A stretch of DNA of 63,668 nucleotides, filler included, from Intoshia linei (taxonomy: Eukaryota > Animalia > Orthonectida), in assembly GCA_001642005.1 (NCBI GenBank). It is 7 parts of 7 records of this genome, joined end to end, with 100 filler letters (N's around TTAATTAATTAA, not from the genome) between each part and the next. Parts side by side here need not be neighbours in the genome. Positions count along the whole stretch, not along the records: positions 52,251 to 55,821 come from LWCA01002098.1; positions 55,922 to 63,668 come from LWCA01001520.1; 5 more parts are not named here. The stretch is one strand, 5' to 3'. This document shows positions 52,450 to 63,668 of this stretch, piece by piece. The notes under the pieces are model-generated. The model saw only the letters and a program-made list of their open reading frames with translations, was not told the origin of the DNA and did not search any database. The position numbers were made by a program, and so were the translations under genes. The number at the start of each line of letters is the position of its first letter. Position 1 is the stretch's first letter.

Positions 52450-53337
52450 AAATTTTTGGAAAATAAAAATTTGAAATTTAAAAATTGCGTAGCAATGAAA
52501 AAAATTCCGAAGGAATNTTTGGAAAATAAAAATTTGAAATTTAAAAATTGCGTAGCAATGAAAAAAATTCCGAAGAAATAAATTATATAGATTTTTACTT
52601 ATATTTTTTCATTGGAAATGTGTAGACGTACAATACACATTTTTTTTGAAATTGTAGGATCAATATTTACATTTTTGATTTTAATCGAAATATTCGAAAA
52701 ATATTGGTTGATAATATATTAAAAATTATTTTTCACCGGGAATGTGTACATTTCTGGGGTTGAAATTTTGTACTTTATATCAACTAGAATAAGCTCTATC
52801 AGAATAATACTTTTTTTAAATTTTTGGACCGTTAATTATTTCATATTTTTTGTTTTAATAAAACATTTCAGAAAAAAAATATATGAATACTAAAATGCTT
52901 TTTTGACTGTGAAGTTGTCACTTATTCGGATTGAAATTTTTTATGTGTGTTAACATGATACAACTCTACCACCTGTAAATTTTTTGAAATTCTAGGGCTG
53001 TTTTCAAAAAAAAAAGGAAGGGAAATTTGTGGTTTTGGCCCTGAAGATATAATTTTTTTAACTTTAAATTTATGATAATGTTTATGATTTTAAAATCCGC
53101 ATCAGCGTATATATTTTTTTAAATTCTCCAACTCGTTTGCTTTTCAAAAATAGGGACAACAGGGGTTTTTGACCCTTAAGATGTGGAATTGGGAGGTTGA
53201 AATTTATCTTATTATACGTTTCGGAAAAAATTGTAAGTGAAATGTGGTCTTTAAAAAAATCTAAGAGTGCCAGTTAATTCATTAAAGTTAGACACACACA
53301 CAAACAAAAATCGCGTCGCATATTATATAAGTTAGGA
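52450..53337 (-). mobile_element. Helitron-like repeat, 5' portion
   Basis: Minus strand starts A|TCCTAACTTATATAATATGCGA..TTTGTTTGTGTG; the body matches copies at 17500-18080 and 30160-30860. Confidence 0.6.
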
Positions 53338-53694
53338 TTTGCCATACTTCCATATTCCATGAATAAAATTTTGTATATTTCCCGTGAAATTACAATCACT
53401 ATATAATATAAAGTATGTACAACATACCGAGTACATTTATATACATTTGTGAATCGCAGTTACGACTATTCGATGAATGGAAAAACCGCCCATTGAGTAA
53501 AATTTGGCTATTATGAGATTTATTTTTTCCCGTAGATTTTAATTGTTTAGTTTCATATCGATTAAAATTGAAAATATTATTTCGTCATAAAATTTAAATT
53601 TGCACATTGATAAATATTTTGTTTGGTATTTTGAAAAAAATCTGGAACCAATTAAAACTAAATTGCAGCCATACAAATTGTAGTATACTTCAAA

Positions 53695-55739
53695 TCACCA
53701 AGATTTTTGGAAATAAATGGAAATATTATAGCAAATATAGACTATCCCTAGTGATATAATTTTACTTTTTGGGTTAACTTTGGTATTCCAATTTCTTATT
53801 GAAGTCGAATGATCAAAATCATCGAAATTATCTTGTATATCTTCAAATTCATCAATAAATGCTTGAATATTTGTGATACAGGACTGAGATTTATATTTTA
53901 ATAATATTCGCACATATATGTAAAGTTTTGTCAGCAAATTAAATGGGGCAGGAGTTGTAGCTGTTTTAGTTAAATTCATGAATAATTTTGCCCTTCCAAA
54001 TTTCCATTCTACATCTGACTGTGCCTGAATTCTTTGATAAGTGTCGGATAACAATGCAATTAACAAATTTACCAATACAATTAAACTTATGATGAGATAT
54101 AATCCAAACATTACCTGAAAATTTAAAATTATAATAATTTATAATATAGAATCACTGTATCAATGTTGTGTAGATTCTAATGTCTACTTATATACCTTAG
54201 TTAGTATGGTCGACCAATCTGGATTTCGGTGTAAAGGCGGCAAATTTTCTGGTTCAATTAAACCGAACAGTGAGAAAAAAAGCATTTCGAGTACTTTACT
54301 GAAGTTCATTGTTACTGATCCTAAATATTACATGTTTGTTAAATTAACCTTTAAAATAGTTCTTCAACTTTCAATTTTTCAAAAAATTTTGTCAAGTCAA
54401 TTTGAATAATACTATGAGACCATGAATAAAATTTAAATTAAATTTAATATTCAATTTATTGCATTCAACTGGTAATATATTAAAAAATTAAAGTTTTAGT
54501 AAAAATAATCACAATAATAATTAGTCTTAATAATTATTTTTTAATTAAACTTATGTATATGCCAAAGAAATTGACCGTTACGTCATTTTTTGAAATAAGG
54601 CGAGCATAAAAAAGGTTGGGAAACACTGCAATCTAATAATTAGATTAGGTAAAAAATCTAAATCAAATAATCCCTGTAACAATATTATTAAATTAAAAGC
54701 AAAGGTTATCAACTCTTTGACGAATTGACACAATAGTAAAAATCCTCAAAAAAGTGTATTTTATTGTTCGTATTTAGTGTAAGCGTAAACTGAAAAATAT
54801 GTGGTATAAATTTTTCTGTGTAATTGGAAATATTGTGAAATGTACATGAAAAATTTTTACTCAAGATAAACTATAATTGAAAGTTGAAGAATACTACAAT
54901 CAACATTTGCCGTTTTTATCAATATAAATTGTTAAAAACATGATAAAACTAACCTCCAGAGCCATCTCCAGTTCCAAGAAAAGTATCATTCTTGATTGGT
55001 GGTTTAATGGGTTGATATATAGCAGTAATATTTAAACAAAATCCAAAAATGAACAAAAACAAAATGACCATAAATCGAATCAAATCTTTCATCAAGTCAC
55101 GAATAATAATAGCCCAAGGACCAAAAAGATGATGAAAAATTAGAAAATCTAACAACTGCAGGCAGCATAATAACAAGGATGTAGCAAAAAATTGATTTCG
55201 TATATAAATAAATTCATGGTGATTTGATTTGTCTGTGAAAAAAGCTGCAACATGGACATCTACCCCTAAAGTTGAAATGACGATAACTAGCACTCTTATC
55301 CACCCTAATCCACTGCGACTACTTGGATTCGTTAATTCGCTAACTAATATACCTGACAACCAAGCTAGTAACATCCATTCTATCCAGCTTGGCCATATTG
55401 ACGTCATGGTAGCTATTGGATAAACGGGCCAAACTACTGTCAATATTAAGATTATTATTAAATTGATGTGAGAAACAAGGTAAGACATGTATTTAATTAT
55501 TGGAACTCTCTTTAATTTGTGCTTGCTCGGAATTGCAAATATAACCCATAAAGGTGGAATCAAGATCTGCAGAAAAAATAGTAACATAAATTTCCAAGAT
55601 GGCCATGTTAATAAGTGACCCACCCATAACTCAGATATAAATTTTTGAATAGATGGATGAGCTACTACCATTTTTTGTTCATTGTTAATATAAATGTCTA
55701 TTAGTTGAACTCCATGTTTATCTACAGATGTTAGTAATT
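53695..55739 (-). CDS. nompC: TRPN/NompC mechanosensitive channel, transmembrane and TRP-box exons (partial)
   Basis: Exons 55739-54954, 54320-54196 and 54114-(~53695). Motifs: VPIIKYMSYLVSH, WLSGILVSELTNP..RSGLG, YIRNQFFA, FHHLFGPWAIII, LFFSLFG, SDTYQRIQAQSDVEWKFG. The 3' end is uncertain and no ankyrin exons were found. Confidence 0.9.
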
Positions 55740-55921
55740 CTAAATTTAAAATTAAATTATCATTATTACACCCCCGACAAAACGTTAAAGCACCCTATAA
55801 AAATGCTATCAAAACCATTTTNNNNNNNNNNNNNNNNNNNNNNNNNNNNNNNNNNNNNNNNNNNNTTAATTAATTAANNNNNNNNNNNNNNNNNNNNNNN
55901 NNNNNNNNNNNNNNNNNNNNN

Positions 55922-56400
55922 GCAAATTGAAATTCTAATTCGGAAAACAGGAAATTCGTTCTTTGTAATGATAGACTGAAATTATATTCAGGCTCTAAAC
56001 ATTCACAAAACATACTCATTGTGGTCCAAATTTTACTATTGACTATTAATTGAGAAATATCCTATAAACCTTTTTAATCTAAAAAATCTGTTAACAGCTT
56101 AAATGAAGAAACCATTTTAAAAGTTAAAAACCATCGAGTTGTGTTGTCAAGAGGAGGCAATGGTAAAATAGAATTAAGTAGGTCATTATATAATTCGACA
56201 CTTTTAAGTTTTTTTGAGATTTCATGGACAACCTTGATTACACTATCAAAATTTGAAACAAAACTTTTCACAGCTAACTGTAGCGTATGGGAGGCATAAC
56301 GATTTTTTCAATGTTGGGAAGATGAGATTCTTTTATATTATTGAAAATTAAATCACTATTTTCATTATTATCACTAAATCGACAATATTTAAGTTCATTT
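55922..56400 (-). mobile_element. hAT (ZBED/Ac-like) transposase remnant
   Basis: ASHTLQLAV, LPPLDNTTRWFLTFKMV, CLEP..FSLSLQ. Confidence 0.7.
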
Positions 56401-56499
56401 TTAGATTCATGCTCATTCAATTCAGATTTTAATAAATGTTAAAATATCTTCATTAATTTTATTAATACACGAAATTAAATGTGTCTATAACTACGGGTC

Positions 56500-56900
56500 G
56501 TAGTGGCTTTTCTGGTACAAACTTGCGTTACTTATTGATATTACACATATAACATTTTGAGGTAAACTGGCTAATTTCGTTGTGTTGATTCGGCCAAAAA
56601 TACTTATTATTAATGATATGATATAACTTACCAACGTCTGGATGACATAAATTTTCATGGAAAAAGGTGATTATTTTCAAGTTTAGAGATTTTGGGATTA
56701 ATGGAACCGATAAAGTTTTTTTTGTCAAGTAAATAATGTCATCAATCAACTTTAAGTGTTTGCGATAATAATAATATTTATTATTTACCGGTAAGTCATT
56801 ACTATGTAGGTATTTTTTTAAAATAATGATGTCTGCATCCTCACTTTGATTCTGAACAATATCATATGGTTCAGTTGAAATTATGACATTAACCTCATTA
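56500..56900 (-). mobile_element. gypsy integrase zinc-binding (H2C2) remnant
   Basis: Q..D..I..L, then FHENLCHPDVGKLYHIINNKYFWPNQHNEISQFTSKCYMC. Confidence 0.8.
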
Positions 56901-57049
56901 TATCAGTTGTATCCTTTATCAAGTGGTCCTTATCGATATATTCAGGTAACCGTTTCATCATATATTCCCTGACCATGTCAATATATGACGATACCTGTCA
57001 CCGTCACCTGTTGTCCTCTATCCAGAGACGATAAAATCTCTCTCGCCTC

Positions 57050-57454
57050 TCTAAAGACTACCGCAGAATGAGGAAACTCCTTCTCAATTCTGTGCCACGG
57101 GAATATGTTGAAGAGATCTTTTCCTATCTTACTTTATATTTATAATTTTGCGAATTTGTTGGATTATTCATATAAATTGGAATGTAAATTTGACAGTAAT
57201 AATAATTATCAGGATGGCCTGGTAAACCCCAAATTCGAAGAAGTGTGAATCTTTTCTTGTTACTCTGTAATGATATATAACAGGTGGTGCATACACAAGA
57301 TGGAACGTGAGAGTTTACTTGTATTTCTAATTTGTACAATGATTCATAGTGAGTATTTAAATTTTTACATTTCGAAATATTATACTTTTTGTTAATGTAT
57401 ATTCCACATACATAACATCGAATCTATAATGTTTAAAACATTGCATTGTTCCAT
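57050..57454 (-). mobile_element. Chapaev3-like (CMC) transposase N-terminal zinc-finger remnant
   Basis: CYVCG..Y...P..VCTTCY..L...RIW..P.H.D.YYYC pattern. The family assignment is from recalled consensus. Confidence 0.5.
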
Positions 57455-57587
57455 TTTACAATTAAAATTTTGATTGAAAATTAATGATATTAGATAAATA
57501 AAACGTCAAGGTTTAATTATAATTTACAAATGGCTGCATAATTATGGAGCATCAAATAAATAGGATTAAACAGGAAAATTTATAATA

Positions 57588-59114
57588 AACTGCACCGTAA
57601 AACTATGTGCAAACTCCAAATTTTGCCATTAAATATATTAATATTGTTCTAATTTAACTCTTATTATGACATGTCAATATGACGTTGAATCTTAACTAAT
57701 ATGCAAAATTTCGCCACATTTTATCATCAATTAACTAAATAATTAACAATTCAATTTTACATTCTAAAATTTTTGTCACAAAACTATGTGAAATTATATT
57801 TTTTAATTGAGTTTACTATCATAGAAACTTATTTTTAAAATGCCAAAACGTGGTAACTTATTATCAGAGTTTGAACCAGGTGTAATACAATCTCTTACCG
57901 AAGAAAAGGTACCTATTGGCCAAATTGCAGATAGATTAGGGAGATCATATAATTGCATAAAAAAATTACCTTCTGAGAAGTAAGCCTTACACTCGTGGAG
58001 GTGGAAGACCTCAATTATTGGATGATAGAACGAAAAGGCATATCTGCCTTGAACTTATAAAAGATGATTCTCCTACTGCAGCACGTTTAATAGCTGATTT
58101 GAATTTCAATGTCTCAAAAGATACGGTGTACAGGTAATATATATATAATTATATTATTAAAAAAATTTAGATTTTTGGCTAAAAATGGTTACAAATATGT
58201 CCCATATTTTAGAGCACCATTATTGTCACCTTTTAATAAGAAGAATAGATTAAAATGACGCTATTAAAATTAACAACAAAAAAATTGAACTTGGAACAGG
58301 TAACATTCTCAGACAAAAGAGATTTTTACTTGACGGTCCGGATGGATGTCGAAAATATTTGGGAAAAACATGAGATTCGAAAAATTTTCGGAAAAAAACT
58401 ATTCTCGAAAAGCATTGTGGTATGGGCAGGAATAGGATTAAACGGTACCACATCTATTTATTTTACCGACCAAAATGTAAATTCAGATGAATATATAGAC
58501 ATATTGACCAAATTTTATCTTCCTTTTCATCAAAACGATTTTATATTGATGCAGGACAACGCCAGGCCTCATGTTTTAAAAAAAAGTATGGGGTTTATAC
58601 GTGAAAATAACATACAAGTTCTTGATTAGCTACCATACAGTCCTGATTGCAATCCCATTGAGAACTTTTGGGCTATAATGATTCGTCGACTATACCCTGG
58701 AACTAAAGTGTATAATAATATTTCGGAATTAAAGGCAGAAATTAAATGTATATGGGATGCCCTTGACATACAGGAAATAAAAAAATTGGTAGAATCATTT
58801 CCCTCAAGATTGGTCGAAGTGTTAGAAGCAAAAGGAGGAAATATAACCAAGTATAAAAATTGTTGTTATATATAAATAAATTACCTTTTTTGTATTTTTT
58901 ATGCTTTTTCACATAGTTTTGAGACACATATTTTAAAGTTTAAATTTTAATTGTTAGTTATTTAGTTAATTTATTGATGAAATTTCTCGAAATTTTTAAT
59001 ACAAGTTAATAATCAGTATTATATTAAGATGTCCTTCAAAATATATAATTATAAGTTTAATAAATATATTTAATTGCAAAAATTGGATTTTGCACATAGT
59101 TTTGCGGTGCAGTT
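57588..59114 (+). mobile_element. Full-length degenerate Tc3-like (DD34E) element, 1527 bp
   Basis: TA|AACTGCACCGTAAAACTATGTGCAAA...TTTGCACATAGTTTTGCGGTGCAGTT|TA with inner DRs (~57780, ~58906). Transposase from 57840: MPKRGNLLSEFE, GGRP, FSD..F.LDGPDG, QDNARPH and SPDCNPIEN (34 aa D-E spacing). Contains frameshifts, a stop and a 37-nt intron at 58134-58170. Confidence 0.92.
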
Positions 59115-59642
59115 TATAATGCTTTTGACAGTAACTAATGAATTTTTTCATTAATTTAATAGTTTACTAGGAATTAAATTTTAATTTAAAATAAATCTAC
59201 AGGAAATAAAGTTGTATTTCAGGCAATTTGCAATTATCAATTGCTATTTAACCTAATTAATTAGAGTAAAATAGAAGATTAAAAAATGATTTAGAATTTA
59301 TAATTGATTAAGAAAATAATAAAGCGTTTAAGTCATTTTGTTAAACTAAGCTTTAGTTACTAAAGTTTGCTCTATAGACAATTAATCCAGTTTCAGTTTA
59401 TAATTTTATATTGGTAATATGCTATATTTTCCTGTAATATGCTATTTATTTAATGGTGAATAATATTGTCGTTTTTACAAATTAGTAATTTACGCATTAA
59501 TTAGAACGAATATTAAATTTAATTTTTCATAATACTTATTATTTCATAACGGTGATTACAATGACATATATTTGCAGGGATGTTTTTTCATTTTTGTCTA
59601 GTGTAATTGAATTGGATAAAAAAATATTCTTGAATTTGAAAA

Positions 59643-61544
59643 ATGGACTCGTATATTTTGTATTACGATGGGATATCACTTTATATTTTTTCTGGTACAG
59701 GGAGCTCTCACTGCGCAAAATCGGTATTTTATTTTATTGTACAATTTGTGTGAAACTGAGAATAACATACATATATAGTAGGTATTATCTAAGAATCATA
59801 GGAACTAAAGTTTTTTAAGTTAATTACAAAATTCAATTATCTTACCTTATCAATTTAGACTAAATTGTTGTTATTATTTATATATTAATATTTAGGGAAT
59901 ATAAAGATTTTGTATGCCAATTTGATGAATGTAACACGGACTGTTATAATATAACGGATTTTAGGCAGCATATAACGATTCACTACCCAGGTAGTGACAT
60001 CCCCAAAAAATGTTTATGGATAAATTGTACATCCCTTGCTCCTATTTTAAAGATGGATGCTTTTTATAATCATTTGGTGTAATTTTACTTATGCTTTTAC
60101 ATAACTGATAATCCTATTTCCTGTTGACTGATTTTAGTTCAAATTTAAATTAGTTTCTATTTCTATATTTTGTATACTTAATAATTATTAAGTGTTATAA
60201 TTTAGATATCATATCAAAAAAAATATTTCAATTTGTCCATTCGATAACTGCAGACAAATGTTTAGCAAAAAACACTCTATCAATCCCCACCTAAAGTAAT
60301 TAAAATACGTTTTAATATAAATTAGGCTTATCATATTATTATTTACCATGTTATATGATAACACTATATAAACGGATTATTTAGACTCAAACACAATTTA
60401 TCTCCGAAAGCCCGTTTGAAAATAATGTACTTTTTAATTACTATTTTATTAACATTTTAAATGCTATGAACCAGAGTATACCCAGTTCGAGGTCACACGA
60501 TAATGAAAAATAGGTCTTAAAAAATCGCAAACGATGTGTAGTGTCATATAGCGACCAGCATAAAAACGTTCTAACAATTTATTCACAATTGTATAATTAC
60601 TTACAAAATTCAAACGTTAGTTACAAAATTGGAATTATTTGAAATTTCTTAGTAAAAAATGAATTATTCTATGTGAAATTTGTGATATACATAATAAACT
60701 TAAATTTGTAATAGTACGTTTTTCGGTATTCATGAAAAAAAGAATATTTTTATATAAATTTAAATTAAATTTTTTAAATGGACAAAACAATTTAAAATTA
60801 TTTAAAATATTTGGCGGGCCACAGGTTGAGAACTACTGTTCTATAGTATAGAATCTATTGAAAAATAACCATTTAATGGCTAAAAACTATAAATTAAATT
60901 ATGTTTAAATATGTAAAAACATTTTTTTACACAAATTATTAATAGTTAAAATATGTTTAGGTCTGAGGAAGTTTATGGGGAGGAAGAAAAAAATAAAATA
61001 AATAAGAAAAGATTTTTATCTAAACCCCAACAATATTTAGGCTATGAATATGATGTAAACGAGATAGATTTAACTGGAATTAACATTTATTATTTTATTA
61101 GAAACAAAAACACGATAACGCAGATAATTCAAATCGTGAAGATTTCAATGAAGATACCATGTTTGATTTTAATACTCTCGTAAAAGAGTGGTATTTAAAA
61201 CAAAATAGAGTAAGTATTAAACGTTGACTATAAGTAATGTTTTTTAGAATACAACAATGCAGAAAGAACCATTAAAAATTGCGACTCAAGATTTGGAATT
61301 TAATCAAACCAATATCAATAATGTCATGAATCAATTAAATGTTATGCAAGATAATTTAATGGCAATGAAAAATGAAAATTTATCATTGAGTGATAAAATG
61401 ACTGAAATTTTTTCATTTACCAATCAAGATGGGCTTAATTCATATCAAACAAAAATTAATAATTATAAACAAGAATTAAATGACATTGAAACAATTGTAT
61501 GTAATATGGCAACCAATCATTATTCTGAAGACAGTTTTTGTTAA
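59643..61544 (+). CDS. 3xC2H2 zinc-finger protein with C-terminal coiled coil
   Basis: Exons 59643-59650 (start tentative), 59896-60078, 60206-60295, 60385-60426, 60961-61054, 61102-61209 and 61248-61544 are in frame. Fingers: CQFDEC-x12-HITIH, CLWINC-x14-HLVYH, CPFDNC-x12-HLKLKH. Confidence 0.75.
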
Positions 61545-62731
61545 TTACATGTAAATTTTACACCATTAAAATATTTTACGGTCAAATATAACGCACTTGA
61601 ATTAAAATTACAAACGAAATTGAAACTTCGTTACCCCTACTTTTTAAATAGGTACAATTTCAACTACTATTAATAGTTCATCAACTTTATCATCTCGCAA
61701 AACTAAACTATTTCATCTAATTGTTCCATTATTCTTTACACCCAAATGTAATGATTCATTATTAATTTTTTTCTGTCCACAGGTTTTTTGTAATATATTA
61801 AAATTCCACAGCGAAAAAGGGTTAAGAATGCCTGGTATAGATAATAACTATTACACTTTTAAGAAAGTTTTCACGAGATGATACATAAAAAGTTTAATAG
61901 TTAATACATTAATTAAAATATAATATAGGTAAATCTAAACAGCAAAATGGATTAAAAATAATTTTCAACCATAGTGTATATAATTGTTTCATCACTCTTA
62001 AACTGTCTCATATAATTCTTAATAATGGTTTGATACATTTGTCTGTAGTCAGTATTGAGATAATAGAAATTTCTTAAAGCATCACTTGTATCAATGCAAT
62101 TAATTTAATTTTTAATATTCACCAAATCGGTATATGCGTCCTCCAGTTGTTGTGTTATATTTTCCGTATTAAATGCATTAGGATGCATGTTGCGGTTGAG
62201 ATTTTATCTTTGCAATGTTTCTATTTAAATGTATATCGTCCCATTTTCCAGTTAAAAGATTATTGAAAATTTGGTAAAGTTTTTATTTTATATAATAAAT
62301 CAGTGTTTGTCAACAGTAATGTTAATTCTACCAAAAAATAATCCAAACATTTGAAAAATATTAGTCTATAATTATAATATATTAAAAATTATTTTTAACC
62401 GGGAATGCCCGATTTCTGAGTTGGTAATTTTGTATTTATATCAACTGATATAACCATTAGGGCTGTTCGTTTTTTACAAAAATGGATTTTTGTTGAAAAT
62501 ACCCTATACCACACTGAAGAGGGTACTTAAAAACACCTAAAAAATATATTTTTAGAAACATTTACCGTAAAAAGATTAAGCGGTTTTCCTTTTTAAGGTA
62601 TTTGCGCGCTTTTTCCCCTTTTTCTTAGTTGGTGCCAATGATTTTATTTTAAACGTGGATACAATTAATGTACGACCCACTAAGACATACGTTTTAACCC
62701 TTTCATCGTCTGTGTATTCTATGATATACAC

Positions 62732-63668
62732 CAGTGGTTCTCAACGTGGGCCACTGGTAATTTTCAACATTAAAAAAAATTTGGTGTATTAAGTCATAAA
62801 ATTGGGAACCAAAACAAAATCTATAAATGCATAATGAATTTGAATCATACAGATATTTATAAGAATCACCAATAATATAACTGTTTATACACTGTATAAT
62901 ATACAGTGATATCTCGATATAGTCACGTTCGATTACTTCGAATTTAGTTATTTATTATTAATTTATTTGAAGTTAAATGTAATTGCGCAATAAAATCAAC
63001 TTATTATCAATCCAGTCTGCATATCAATCTATTATCAATCAACATTATTAGTGTATAAGTCAGTAAGTTTTTTATAATACATACAATAATTATATATTTT
63101 TCAGTTTTATTGAAATTTAAAATGGCACGTCGACCTCCTTCTAAAAAACCAAAATTAAGGCGTTACCACGAAGAATTTTTAATGTTTGGATTCACGCTTG
63201 ATGATGACATGTCAGTAAACCATTTTGTATTGAGTGTGGTTCAAGTTTAACAAATGAATCCATGAAAAAATCAAAATTACAAATTCATCAGAAAACTAAA
63301 CATCCATTTTCTGTTAAAAAGACAAATACTTTTAAGAGAGAAAAAAATCAGCCAGTCAAATTATCTGACTTTAAGAAAGTGAACATTATGAAGGCAAAAA
63401 CATTAAAGCCAAGTTATTTAGTTGCAGAAATAATAGCCAAAATAGGTGCACCTCAAGTATATGGCGAAAAGCTTTATTAAGCCAGCCATGATGGATTGTG
63501 CAAGGGAACTTCTTGGAAAAGATGCTGTGTCAATTCTTAATAGCATCCCACTTTCAAATATTACTGTGACGAGAAGACAGGATGAAATGTCAGAATATGT
63601 TGAATTGAAAGTTGTTGAAATACTAAAAAACAAAGTTTTCTCTCCAGGTTGATGAAACCACAATTCAT
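62732..63668 (+). mobile_element. Charlie/Buster-type hAT transposon, 5' part, frameshifted
   Basis: TIR CAGTGGTTCTCAAC; ATG 63122; RRYHEEFLMFGF, PFCIECG..LTNESMKKSKLQIHQKTKH, SYLVA..IAK, GE..IKPA, IPLSN.TVTRR. Confidence 0.88.

Noticed and set aside
57840-58875. In-frame stops in transposases as evidence of an alternative genetic code
   Set aside because: They come with frameshifts, and intact host genes use TAA/TAG only as terminators.

Overview
Very AT-rich (roughly 20-25% GC by eye) metazoan nuclear scaffold with GT-AG mini-introns (measured examples 33-42 nt), several N-gaps and dense transposon debris. The architecture resembles a reduced parasitic animal such as the orthonectid Intoshia; this is inference only. 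I assembled 10 host genes by hand splicing: (1) a partial ~34-exon Cys-rich GCC2/GCC3 ephrin-receptor-like repeat gene, (2) DTYMK, (3) THUMPD1, (4) geminin, invisible in the ORF track and with an upstream E2F site, (5) DJ-1/PARK7, (6) an EPB41L4A-like FERM gene, (7) an orphan 221-aa secreted prepro-protein with an RQKR site, (8) a lysosomal-type acid phosphatase homologue with degenerate catalytic motifs, (9) the transmembrane half of a TRPN/NompC channel, and (10) a 3xC2H2 zinc-finger gene. Mobile elements include hATm-like, Charlie/Buster, Tc3/Tc1, pogo, Merlin, Chapaev3-like, piggyBac-like, Helitron, gypsy and foldback types, many with visible TIRs, TSDs and nesting. The most notable signals are host-sized mini-introns in four unrelated DNA transposons, the predicted pseudophosphatase, and the orphan secreted precursor. 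All gene models are manual and unverified by transcripts or database searches.
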